Of a stretch of DNA of 64,000 bases, positions 13,412 through 24,911 are shown piece by piece. The position numbers and the translations under genes are program-made. Positions within the stretch are counted from its first letter, which is position 1. Each line of letters begins with the position of its first letter. The notes beneath the pieces are model-generated. The model searched no databases. It had not been told where the DNA came from and saw nothing but the letters and a program-made list of their open reading frames with translations. Source of the DNA: Ministeria vibrans ATCC 50519 (Eukaryota; Protista; Filasterea); NCBI GenBank assembly GCA_943704425.1, contig CALSCP010001507.1:665-64664 (forward strand), given 5' to 3'.

Positions 13412-15655
13412 TCACATTGCAATCTCGTCAGTCGTCGCGAGACGCACAGCGCCATTGCCAGAATTGTCAAAGTCATCCACATCGAGTCGCACGTCATCGT
13501 AGTCGTCTGCATTGCGGTCGTTGTTACCCCGACTCGACTCGGAGCTCGAGGCGCTGGCGCGATCCGTCTTGAGCAGCGACGAGCTGGCGTCACCTTCGGT
13601 GATGTCGTCGACGGCACGCGCCAACTTGTTGCGCGTGCGGTCTTCTTGCATGGCCAGCGCATCCGCCTCAACCTGCTCTCGTGTCACCATCTCCATTTGT
13701 GTTTCGCGCCCACCCCGGCTAAACCGACGTCGCGTCGACTGCACAAAGCTACTCGATTTGCGTGACGCACTGCTGCTGCGGTACAGTACCACCAAGAGTA
13801 CGATGATCGCCAAGCCGCCAATGACACCGCCCACAGCACCGCCAATGGCTGCAGTCGACGACGAACTCGAGCCGGTCGACGCACTGCCCGTTGCCGTTAC
13901 CACACTGAAGGATGTCACACACACCGTGACAGTCGAAGCGACCAAATCAAACGACTCCACCGCCAACTGCACCCAGTCGTTGCTGTCGGGGCCCGACGCC
14001 TTCCACACAACAATTTCATTGGCAGCGAGCACAGCGACGCTCACCTCAAACGTGATGCAGACCGGCTCTAGGAATGTCGTGCCGTGAGGCAGCAGCACAA
14101 TGGCTGCGCTCGCCGATGTCGACGTGGAAATGCCCTGAGTGTCAACCTGCGCCTTGCCCTCGATGGTGTCAAGCACCGACACCTGTACCGTCGTGTTGCT
14201 CGTGACGGCATTCGCCGGCATGGTCACCGTCACGTTGTCCGAGGTCGACTGAGTCCCGCCCGCCGAGTCAAACGACATGGAACTCACTGGATTGCAGTAG
14301 GTGCCGCCAATGAGGGTCGCCGTCGAGGCGCATTCGCAAGTAAACGAATTGAGACCGTCAGAGCAACTCCCACCATTCTGGCAAGGCATCGAAGCGCACT
14401 CGTCGATGTCCGACTCGCACGCCGCGCCGGAGTAGCCCGCAACACAGGCGCAATCATAGCTATCAACACCGTCCACGCACGTTCCCGCGTTAGCGCACGG
14501 GTCTGAGGCACACTCGTCAATGTTAGTGTCACACGCCGCGCCAGTGTATCCGGCGGCGCACACACACGAAAAACCATTGAGTGCGTCAACACAGGTCGAG
14601 CCAGCAGCGCATCCGCCTGAGGCGCACTCGTCAACGTCGGCACTACAGGTGGCGCCTGTGTATCCCGCAACACAGGTGCAGGCATAGCTATCGACACCGT
14701 CCACGCACGTTCCCGCATTGGCACACGGATCAGAAGCGCACTCGTCAATGTTCTCGTTGCACGCCGTGCCAGTGTAGCCGGCGACGCACACACATGAAAA
14801 AAGACCACCGTTGGACAGGCACGTTGCACTGTTCTGGCATGGGTTTGAAGCACACGGAAGCACTTCTGTCTCACAATGATCACCAGTGAAACCTGATGCA
14901 CAGGTGCAGAAGACAAAATCACCTACAGGAGCGCGGCGACGTTCAAACGCGCCCACGGAACAGGTACCTCCATTCAAACAGGGCATCGAAGAGCAAACAG
15001 TGACTCGAGTGGTACAGGTGGTGCCCTCGTAGTCTATGTGACACAGACACAAGAAGCCGCCCTTGGCATTGACCACGCAGGTGCCGCTGTTGGCGCACGG
15101 GTTCGACGCGCACTCGTCCTCTGTGGACTCGCAGGACTCGCCGGTGTAGCCTGCGACGCAGTTGCACACATGGCTGTCTATTCCAGAGACACAACTCGCG
15201 CCATTCTCGCACGGTCCCGAGGCACACTCGTCAATGTCCGTCTCGCACATCTCACCGGTGTAGCCGGCCGGACACGCACAATGCCACTCATCACCAAGCG
15301 CCGCCCGGCGATGGAGACCCGCAAACGCGATGGTACAGGTTCCGCCGTTCTCGCATGGACTCGACGAGCACAGCGTGACACGCTCCTCGCACTGCTCACC
15401 CTCGTAGTCTGCCGAGCATGAGCAAGAGTAGCTGTCGATTTCGTCAATGCAAGTCCCGCCGTTCTCGCACGGTCCCGAGGCACACTCGTCAATGTCCGTC
15501 TCGCACATCTCACCGGTGTAGCCGGNNNNNNNCGACACGGTCACAGAATAGTCAAAATAGCGCAACTCAAACGGAGCGACGGCTGCCTGAGTCGGTACAG
15601 TGAGTACACTCAGTGCCATCAACAAACACCCGATAGCAGGTAGTATGAGGCGCAT
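13412..15655 (-). CDS. Type I membrane protein: signal peptide, about 11 Notch-like (calcium-binding) EGF repeats, ZU5-like domain, transmembrane helix, cytoplasmic tail (assembly gap at 15526-15532)
   Basis: Repeated DIDECASxPCxNGGTCxDxxxxYxCxCxxGYTG; LLPHGTTFLEPVCIT...W...VTSFS (ZU5-like); TM AAIGGAVGGVIGGLAIIVLLVVLY followed by RSS..RK. Confidence 0.88.
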   Translation of the reverse strand: MRLILPAIGCLLMALSVLTVPTQAAVAPFELRYFDYSVTVSXXXGYTGEMCETDIDECASGPCENGGTCIDEIDSYSCSCSADYEGEQCEERVTLCSSSPCENGGTCTIAFAGLHRRAALGDEWHCACPAGYTGEMCETDIDECASGPCENGASCVSGIDSHVCNCVAGYTGESCESTEDECASNPCANSGTCVVNAKGGFLCLCHIDYEGTTCTTRVTVCSSMPCLNGGTCSVGAFERRRAPVGDFVFCTCASGFTGDHCETEVLPCASNPCQNSATCLSNGGLFSCVCVAGYTGTACNENIDECASDPCANAGTCVDGVDSYACTCVAGYTGATCSADVDECASGGCAAGSTCVDALNGFSCVCAAGYTGAACDTNIDECASDPCANAGTCVDGVDSYDCACVAGYSGAACESDIDECASMPCQNGGSCSDGLNSFTCECASTATLIGGTYCNPVSSMSFDSAGGTQSTSDNVTVTMPANAVTSNTTVQVSVLDTIEGKAQVDTQGISTSTSASAAIVLLPHGTTFLEPVCITFEVSVAVLAANEIVVWKASGPDSNDWVQLAVESFDLVASTVTVCVTSFSVVTATGSASTGSSSSSTAAIGGAVGGVIGGLAIIVLLVVLYRSSSASRKSSSFVQSTRRRFSRGGRETQMEMVTREQVEADALAMQEDRTRNKLARAVDDITEGDASSSLLKTDRASASSSESSRGNNDRNADDYDDVRLDVDDFDNSGNGAVRLATTDEIAM

Positions 15656-15949
15656 CGTTGAATAAAAATAAATTAATATTACTCGTCGTAATTTATATTG
15701 TGCATACTATGAGTAGAGTGTGATAGAATTTGTACCACGTTTGCATATGGGGAAGTCACAGACAAAACCGCTTTGCAAACTCAACCGAAACTTTAGACTC
15801 TGGCGAGTCTAGAGCCTAGAGGTAACGTGGAAGAACAGTGGCAAAACAGGTGATGTGTCCCAGTGAGGCCATGGCAATGGTGCGCCATACCCCCATTGGG
15901 GGCTTAGGGCTCTGACACCAAAGGTGTCTGTCGGCAAGGAGTGTAAGGT

Positions 15950-16900
15950 TGAAGTCGTGGTTGAAGCAATCGGATCGGTGGTCGTCGTCGTCGTCGGCGG
16001 CGGCGGCAGGTCCTGGTGGCTGCGGCGGCGCTTCCGTGGAACACAGGCGGACTGGCAGAGCGGGTCGGCTGCAGGGGGGCTGGTGTGCTTGTTGTCGTGA
16101 TTATTTGTTAGATTATGAGAATAAAGATATGAATGGGTGGAAGGGGGAGGAAAACGGGGGTTCGAGGGAGTGAATCACTGGGTGGCGTTGGTGGCGACGA
16201 TAAAGCGATTGTACATCTCCCCCAGGGGATGAAATACTTCGTAGTGCGAGTCGTTGGTCGCGCGCAATGCCTCGGCAAGGATCTTGCCGACCAGTGAGTC
16301 GTGTCGGTGTTGGAACACCGCTGGGTGAGCACAGTGGAACAGGAAGTGTTCTGGACTTTCCAGCAGTGGTTGTTGCAGAATTTACATTATCGTCATTCAT
16401 TCGTTGCAGTTGTTGTTGTTGTTGTTGCTGTGGCTATGGGATGGCTGCGCACGCCCGACACGTGACCGTATCGGCCGTCGCACCAGCCGGATTGTTGAAG
16501 CGAGCAAAGGCTGGGCCCCTCATGCCGCGGCGGATGCAGGCGGTGCCAGTGATAAGTGTGTTGCAGCGCAGCAGCAGTAGCACCTGTCCACACCTCTTCG
16601 GCATCTTGCTCAGGTACTTGGACGCGCTCAGTGGGTTGTACATTCTGTCCTTGAGAGGCGACGCGCTCATGGGCCCAGAGAGGTTTGGTGTCCTCTGCCG
16701 TAGCTCGCCGTCTTTGACTCGGGTCGTAGTACAGGACCCGTCTCGCTGGCGCCCCCGCCGGCATTGGGTACAGCGTCTCGAGCGTGTGGAGGATCGACAG
16801 CGCGTTCATCGTTCTCGGGGCCGCGGCCGCCCTCTCCGGGGTGTTTGCTAGCAGCGCTACAAACACCTGGAATGCCAGAGGCACCACCGCGAGAGTCGTG
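15950..16900 (-). mobile_element. Degenerate 3' fragment of a non-LTR retrotransposon (CCHC + RHD motif)
   Basis: Frameshifted minus-strand translation gives LLLLRCNTL...CKFCNN/LESPEHFLFHC AHPAVFQHRHDSLV at 16386-16290; stops and frameshifts present; boundaries approximate. Confidence 0.6.
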
Positions 16901-17018
16901 CCCCTCGCCAGGTGCTATGAAATTATTTGATGTCTGACTGAAAAGTGACAGAAGAAAAAGTCTCATATTTTATCTCAATTATTTAAGTTTTTTAATCACC
17001 CTTGGCCAATATTTCATC

Positions 17019-17213
17019 ATGGATATCTTCCAAGCATGCGAGACGGGTCGTCTGGACTACCTTGAGATGCTGCTGAAGAGCAAAAAGGACAAGAAACGTC
17101 TGAATGATCGGTAAGCGGACTCGCACGCGCCTCTCTCAACGGCACTGAGCCCATGTGCTTGTCGTGTAGGGATCCCGAAGGCCACTCGCCTCTTACACGC
17201 GCTGCAAAAGCAG
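17019..17213 (+). CDS. 5' exons of an ankyrin-repeat gene with no matching 3' part downstream
   Basis: MDIFQACETGRLDYLEMLLKSKKDKKRLNDR|DPEGHSPLTRAAKA is an ankyrin consensus; exon 2 ends at a phase-1 donor at 17214. Confidence 0.75.
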
Positions 17214-17518
17214 GTATGGCAACGTGAAAGCCTTTTGTTTGTCTGAACCCGCACCTCTGTCTCGCGCTGTCTCCCGCTCCACAGCGCCTCGCTGCCCCTC
17301 CAATCCCCTCTGATCAGCCCACCTCCTTCTCACTACCCTCCTCTTCCCCACCCTTCCTTGTGGCATTCGCATCGTCTTCGTTTGATTTGTCTCAGGCGCG
17401 TTTTTTTTTTTTTTTTTTTTTTTTTCTTTCTTTCTTTCTTTCTTTCTTTCTGTACACTCCGTTCCCAAGCTCACTCTGTGTGTCTATTTTCATTGTTATT
17501 ATTTTCCGTCTACTTCAG

Positions 17519-18471
17519 CCATCTTCGAGCTCGACTTCTTCCGCACCAACCCCGAGCCCTTTTGTACCCTGGCACGCTCGCTGTATCCGGGCGAGTTCAA
17601 GCCGACGCCGTCGCACTACTTTATCAAGCTACTGGCACTCAAGGGGGTGCTGCAACGACACTACACACAGAACATTGACACGCTGGAGCGGGAGGCGGGT
17701 GTGCCTGACGAACTGCTTGTCGAGGCACACGGGTCGTTTCACGCTGCCAGCTGCATCGACTGCGACAAGGAGCACTCGCGCGAGTATGTGCGTGAGCGCA
17801 TTTTTGCCGACGACACCCCCGTGTGTGTTCATTGCAATGGTCTTGTGAAGCCCAACATTGTCTTTTTTGGCGAGTCTCTTCCCGAGCGCTTTCACAAACT
17901 AAGCCACAGCGACCTTGCCCAGGCGGATTTGCTCGTGGTCGCCGGCACGAGCTTGCAGGTGCAACCGTTTGCATCGCTTGTGGGTCGTGTGGGCGGGCGT
18001 GTTCCGCGCGTGCTCATCAACCGTGAGAAGTGCGGTGAAGGGCCATACAATGGATTCAACTTTGAGGGTTCGTTGCAGCGCGACATTGCACTGCTGGGCG
18101 ATTGTGACGAGGGTTTTCGTCGTCTTGCTGAAGTACTCGGGTGGGCAGACGACTTGGAGAGGTTGTGTGGTCGAGGAGAGGAGGTGGGAGAGACGGAAAC
18201 AGAAGAGACGGAGACAAAAGAGACGGAGACAGAAGAGACGGAGACAGAAGAGACGGAGACAGAAGAGACGGAGACAGGAGAGACGGAGACAAAAGAGACG
18301 GAGACAAAAGAGACGGAGCCAAAGAAACTCAGTGAGAGCGACGACACGTCAACGACAGTTGAATCGGCTGTAGCAACGAAAGCTGGAAAGGACGTTTATG
18401 ATGATGATGTGGATAGCCTGACAGAGAAGCTCGACACTGTTCAATTGGAGACGAAACCTGAAAGCCAGTGA
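17519..18471 (+). CDS. SIRT2: Class I sirtuin (SIRT2-like), 3' exon
   Basis: AIFELDFFRTNPEPF..LYPGEFKPTPSHYF, HYTQNIDTLE, EAHGSF, CxxC...CxxC, KPNIVFFGESLP, GTSLQVQPFASL, LINRE, GDCD. Confidence 0.93.
18189..18318 (+). repeat. Coding 15-bp tandem repeat (GAGACGGAGACARAA; ETETE/ETETK) in the sirtuin tail
   Basis: About 8-9 near-identical units. Confidence 0.9.
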
Positions 18472-18570
18472 AACACTATAAAAAACTTATGCTCTTCTTA
18501 TTCTTTAAAAGTGTGTCAGACGTGCTGTACTCTCGAGTCAGGAAAGGAATAAACTTTTGATTGGATAAAT

Positions 18571-21152
18571 TTACGTGGGCCACACGGGCCGAGGCAAAGA
18601 CCAAGCAATGGCTGCCTCATCAAAAGGCCTCCAGACCCTCAGTTTTGCCGTGGACCACGACGAAACATCTTGGTTGAAGCTGGCAGCGTCAACAAACATG
18701 TACTGCATGCTCTCTACCGAGGATGTGTCCCAGGCACCAATGTTTTGATTGAACAGTGGAGCGTTCCAAAACATCCGGGAAAGATCTTTCACCTGCCGGA
18801 AGAATATAGAAGGAAAAATGTTTGAGGCAAACACTTCCAAGAAGTATACCGTACATTCGTGGTGTTCCACAACTCAAGGCCTTCACCACGAAAGGAGTCT
18901 GCGCCTTCAAACATGCTTTTGAACGAAATCACCTGATTAATGAAGAAAAAGAAGAGAAAAGAAATTAATCGAAGCCTGCTGACAAAGTGGAGGAATAGAG
19001 GGAATATCGTGTACGAGTTATTGTCGCTCCCAATTCATAATAATTATAAATAATAATAAATGGGTTGTATTCTCTTCTCTAAATAATAATAATAATAATA
19101 TTTTTATAATTATAATTATATCGTATTGTTTTCGAATCAATTACCTTGGCTGTGTTCCACCCAAGTCGCTGATTGAAAGAGACTGCGCCCGAAAACATGA
19201 ATTTCAAGTTTTCAAAATTCTTCGTGTTCCACTCCAACGGTTGATTAAAAGATTTAGCCACGTGGAACATACTGTGCACACTCCTGAGCGAGTCGGTGAT
19301 CCAATCCAAGCGCTGATTAAATGCAGTATTGAAAGCAAACATACTCTCACTGCGCTCCAAATTTGAAGTGTTCCATCGAGATATGTCACGATTGAAAATC
19401 CCTTTGTAGAACATTCCGCCCATCGCTTGAACCTAATTATAAGGAGTGCGAGAAGAGAGTTTTAGTTTCCTATTCACATTCTGTTGCACAGTTTTTCCCC
19501 ATTCAGTTGGTCATATTTGTTGTCCTTGACGTACGCTCGAAACATCCCAATTGCCGATGAAACCATTAAAAGTTGAATTTGCAAACATGTGCGCCATGGT
19601 AACGACCTGAAAAAGAGTGTGCAAAAAATGACAGAATACAATTAAGAATAAATAATTGGTATCATAATAATTATTATTAGAAGAATAATAATAATAAAAT
19701 TATTATGATTGTGATCATTGTTAAGACGTATATTACCTGGGAGGTATCCCAAGAATCGAGAGAATTTGCCTGAAACGACGAAAACTCAAACATGCGCGAC
19801 ATGTCCTGAATAGTTGAGACGTTCCAGTTGGCTAGAGCGTCCACACGACCGAGCAAGGTGGTGCCGGAAAATGCACCTTTCAGCGTAGTGGTCGTGCTCA
19901 AGTCTGGCACATCAATTGCTGAGATTCTCATGTTGTGTGCTCCCTCAAAGTAGTGGCCGTCGCAACCAGCGTAATTACCAAGCTCGATAGGTCCCCATTG
20001 GCGAACATCAACGAGGTGAACTATGTCGGCGTTTGCTCGGATGCCCTGCACGCTACCCTTGAGGGTGACAGTGTGAACGCCAGCTGCGGCATATGTGTGC
20101 GTCACGGCTGCATCAGCAGCGCTTGTAATGATCTCGCGCGGTGTGCTGTCTCCAAAGTCCGCCAGGAAGTTGTAATTACCGTCGAGGACGAGCGGCAACG
20201 CAATGGTTTGATCGGGAGACAGAGTTTGGTACATGAGGATTGTCTCCGGTAGCGCGCGTTGGACAGTGACTGTAAATGAGCAGACGGCTTGGTTGCCAGC
20301 AGTATCGCGGGCTGTGAACGTCACGGTTGTCTCTCCAACGGGAAAATCCCAGCCAGAACTATGCGTTGAGGTAAGGGAGAAAACACGATTGTTGTCACTC
20401 ACGTGGGGCAGTGCGTAATAAACCACACTTGACTCGCCCATGCTGAGCGTTCGCACGACACTCCCCGGACAGCTTGAGAGCACAGGGGGAACTGTGTCGC
20501 AACATCGCACGTCAATAGCACACGAGTTTACTCTTGGTGAACACTACATCACATACAAAAGACAGGTGAGTAGTGAGAGCACAAAAACAAATACATTATA
20601 ATCATGACAAATATTTAGAAGGAAAATAATATTTTAATAACATTCAACAACAATAAAAAATATTTCAATAATAATAATAATTATTATTAATTATTATTAT
20701 ATTTTTTCTTACGTTTTTCAGGTCGATCTCGCAAAAATCTCCCGCAAAATTGGTGTAACATTTGCAAACTGCGGTTCCGTTGACGTCTTGGCAAGCCCCT
20801 GCGCCAACACGACACGGGTTCACCGAAGGCATGCACGGTCGAGCTTTCTCACAGAGCTCTCCATGAAACTGGTAAGGGCAGAGACAAATGAACGAATTCG
20901 AAAGAGCACTGACGAGGCAGGTTGCTCCATTTTGACATTGATTGGAGCTACATATTTTCCCCTCATTCAATTGCTGAGCAACCATACGATACATCGTATC
21001 CTTTAGTCCAGCAATTTCCATAGCAACATCCGTGTTTTGTTCACTGACGGTGGCTTCAAGTGAGGTCAGGCGTGCGGGTATCTAAAGATGAATTTGAAGT
21101 TTAGGAATCCATGTAGAAGAAGAAGAGTAATAATAATAATAATAATAATAAC

Positions 21153-21216
<64 letters not shown>

Positions 21217-21219
21217 GTA

Positions 21220-21261
<42 letters not shown>

Positions 21262-21269
21262 GCGAAAAA

Positions 21270-21303
<34 letters not shown>

Positions 21304-21309
21304 GAAAAA

Positions 21310-21349
<40 letters not shown>

Positions 21350-21355
21350 GAAAAA

Positions 21356-21398
<43 letters not shown>

Positions 21399-21800
21399 GA
21401 AAAAATAATTATAATAATAATAATAATAATTAGTAATGATGTCATCAATGCCAAGAACTGAAGACTATAAAGAAATAGAGAAGATCCCTTTTTTCGAAAT
21501 TTAACGCGAAAACAAAGCAAACATAATCGACCCTGTCGACTTTTATGGGTTTTTCCAAAACAGCACCTTCTCCGCGTTATCCGCCAAAGTTTCGAGAAAA
21601 ATGTTCCGGCCGTTGTAAAAGATCTTCCCGAGATGCGGGTCCATGCGAACGGTGCGAGTGTCATCGAGTGTGGAGAACTCAAAATATTCCGCCGACATTT
21701 TCAAATTCTGCTCAACACCTCTTCCAATCGCAACGCTGTTAGGATCAGCAGCGGATAACAGAGAAAAGCAAAAGATAATCGTTGCTACAATAAACAACAT
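18571..21800 (-). CDS. Secreted mosaic protein: cubilin-N-like region and coiled coil, 2 EGF, HYR, PKD-like, DUF285/BspA-type repeats; no transmembrane helix
   Basis: Signal peptide MLFIVATIIFCFSLLSA; KICSSNQCQNGATC; DTVPPVLSSCP...FPVGETTVTFTARDTAGNQAVCSFTVTV (HYR); DFGD..THTYAAAGVHTVTL; repeated FNQxIxxWDTSxVxxMxxMF. Confidence 0.85.
21128..21430. repeat. (ATA)n intronic microsatellite
   Basis: Visible directly in the sequence. Confidence 0.95.
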
Positions 21801-22004
21801 GGCGGAAATCCCAAAAAAAGAAAAAGAATGATAATTAATATAAAATCGTCCAAATCGAAAACAAGAAAGAACTTCGACAAAAGTCGGTTCGACAAAAATA
21901 AAGTATTATTATTATCTCAAGCTCTCAATTCCAACACCACTCATTTAAACATTCTGGCCATTTCAGCACAGTATCCAAAGAAGCATAAGATAAAGTTGCG
22001 CGTA

Positions 22005-23009
22005 ATGGGACTTCTGGCGACTATCGTTCTGACCTTTGCAACTGTGGCGGGATCTTCGCCTCTTCGACCCGTTGCGAGTCCAAATGTTATCCTTCCTATT
22101 CCCTGGTCACGTCTTTCTTTCAACCATTCACTCTCTCCTAACTTTTGCACTACAGTCAACTTGTCTTCTCTGGTAATCAAAAGAAGACAAATTGAAAAGA
22201 AAGGGAGACTCGACCAAATTTTCGACCATTTTCAATCAGTTTCCATAATAAATGAAGCATAATAATACACTGCGCTCAAAATCATTTTTTTAATTACCGC
22301 TTTCTTTCTTCTTCAGGGTTTAAACGGAAGTGTTGCCATCAACGCGACACATGCCCCAGCGCGAGTGGAAAAAATTCAGGCTCTCGGAAAAATTCAATTT
22401 ACCGAACCAGGCGCGAAACTTTCTTTTGGTAATTCGTCGTATCTTTCCGGCTGCCAGTCGTGTGCTTCGTCGCCTTGTCATAACGGGGCATATTGTTTTA
22501 ACCGCGAGGGAAGCCAGTTCACTTGCGTATGTCCCGTCTCATTTACGGGGGCGTTGTGCCAGCTTGAGGCACCATCAAACGCCTCCGCAAACTCCAATTC
22601 GTCACCAATCACCATCGGAGTTGCCGTTGGTGCTATATTGGTATGTTGTGTTGCTTTGGCCCTTGCTACAATCTCAAGACGACGACGCCATGCTCGGGCG
22701 AGAAACAGTGCGANNNNNNNTGCTGAGTGTTCCGAGGGTCGTACAGGAGGGTCTCCGTCAAGTCACTCGGTTCCTTCTACCTCGACGCAATTCCAGACGG
22801 ACACTCTTCATTCAATGGGCAACTCAGGAGTAGCAACTGATAGTGCAACAGCAGCATTAGCGACTGAAAACATTGCAACGACGATCACGACAACACCACA
22901 ATATCTTCAGCTGCTGCAGGAATTGATATCCTCTGTGAACATACTCAATAAGGCGACGTCATCGAAAGAGTATCTTAACAATGCGCTGCAAACAAGTTCA
23001 GATATTTAA
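22005..23009 (+). CDS. Small type I membrane protein: amnionless-like beta-helix segment, 1 EGF, transmembrane helix, tail (gap at 22714-22720)
   Basis: Signal peptide MGLLATIVLTFATVAG; phase-0 intron; PARVEKIQALGKIQFTEPGAKLSFG; CASSPCHNGAYC EGF; TM ITIGVAVGAILVCCVALALATI then SRRRR. Confidence 0.75.
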
Positions 23010-23481
23010 ATATAAAAAAATGTTGCCTTATTCGGAGTGAGAAGAGAAAGTGAAACGAGAGGAAACAAAACAACTAGACTTTCAAACGGAAATGACCCGA
23101 GAGCAGTCCATGGTACCACGAATAGTCTGATACACCCATGATAGACCTCATAGAAGTGCATGGAAGGACACAGAGACACAGAGCTTGTGTACAGCAGTCT
23201 CGGGCGCTCTATATTAGCTGAAAGAGAGCAAAAGAGAGAGAGCGGGAGAACTTAAACCTCGCTCAGAATGCACTGGCGTGCCTCGAGAATGGCTTGTAAC
23301 GCGGCCAAAACACATTTAGAAGGCAGAATGGTGCGCCTCCGTTCTGTTGTGACAAAAATTGCCGCACTGAAGACAAACACGACGACACTCGTGCGGTAAG
23401 CTGTTGTGCGTCTTCTCAACATAACAAGTGAGTTACAACTTACAAGTCTGACAAGTCAAAAATCAAAATTAACTGTTTTTC

Positions 23482-24553
23482 ATGCTCTTTGCACGCGCAT
23501 CGTATGTCCGTCGCGACTACGATGCTGCAGCCCAGCAGGCGGTGTGCGCCCTCAAACGCGCCGACAGGGACGGCGACAAGGACGATGCTGCCGAACTGTT
23601 GATTCGCGCTCGTCTCGCTGCCTCTGCCCTTTCTGACGGCCCTGTCGACCTTCCTTCGACCACAACCACTGTTTTGCTTGATGTACAACGCGAGTGCAAC
23701 GGGGCGCTTCCGCCGCGAACGCTTCTCTTGGCGTAAGAAGACAGACATTGGAATTTGAAGAGCGCATCGTTTAACGCTTGTGGTGTGTAGAATGCGACTT
23801 TGTCTGAGAACGGCCGATGTGGCTCGCACAACCGCACTGCTGCTGTACAACAATACACTTGAGGCGTATGGCGAGGGCGTGTCGGTGCCCCCGCGTGAGC
23901 TTGCGGCTGCCACAGAGCTGGTTGCACTTCATGTTCTGACTTGTGTCAAGGACGCAAAACGACTCTTGGCGCGCGATACGACGCTCAGTGCTGCCCATCG
24001 ATCAGTAAGAGAGACAAAGAGGGATGAGGAGGGGGGTTAAAAGAAACATTGCGGTCGAGAGAGTGAGAGAGTGAGAGAGGTGATACATTTTGTGTGTTTG
24101 GTATCTTACCTTTCTGTATCTCTCATGCTTTCTTTCCTTTGTCATCACTGTCGAGAGAGAGAAGGAGAGAAAGAGAGAGTGTGTGTGTGCGTGTCAAATG
24201 ACGAAAAAAGGCTAAACCGAACCGTACCACAGAAATGCATTGAGGTTCTGGACGAACGAGGCAGTGGGACAGACGAACAGAGCAAAGCGCAAAGAGATAC
24301 ACACGACGAGCACAACACAAAAGACGAAGGAGCAGCAGCAGCAGCGCAAGACGACGCACCGAGTCAGTGGGAGCGAGTACGAATGCTCTGGACACACACG
24401 GTGGCAGCAGTAGTGGGGCAGAGAGTGCTAGTGGGCAACGCAAAGCGCACTGTGCCGCTGACTCTGCTGGCGCTTGTGCTGCTTCTGGTGTTCTGGCGCA
24501 TTCGTCGTGCGTTGCGCAGGGAACTCCGTCTGGTGGCCACTGCGCTTTTGTAA
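23482..24553 (+). CDS. Tail-anchored helical protein, possibly PEX26/APEM9-like
   Basis: Three in-frame exons; helical TPR-like N-terminus; C-terminal TM VPLTLLALVLLLVFW followed by basic RIRRALRR; family assignment tentative. Confidence 0.5.
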
Positions 24554-24911
24554 ATGCATCAGCACAGGGTGCTGATAACACTATTTGTATTGTATTTGAA
24601 TTTTGTAACAACAACAAACATGAATTTGTTTTTCGACCATTCTCATGGAATGAAAGAAGTCCAATCATCCACTGACGAAGTGACATACGTATCCGATTCT
24701 TTAAATTAAAACATCAAATCCACATTGTCTGTATAACTGTATTATGTGTCAATAAATTCATTCATTCTACTCGTCTCGTCTAATCGTGTACTCTCTCTCA
24801 ATCTTAAAAAATTTGTGATTCTTCGTTCTTGTGATCTTTGTGACTTAAGACTTTGTCTATTAATTAATCTTTTTTTCGTCGTCCCCTCGTTCCCAGCTAC
24901 TCGTTTTCAGC

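Noticed and set aside
13412-15655. Notch or Delta orthologue
   Set aside because: No LNR, ankyrin or DSL domains; only generic EGF repeats
21543-21570. Apparent premature stop after WKNP in the first exon
   Set aside because: A donor at AAG|gtgctg splices in frame to IPARLTSLE, so no readthrough or code change is needed
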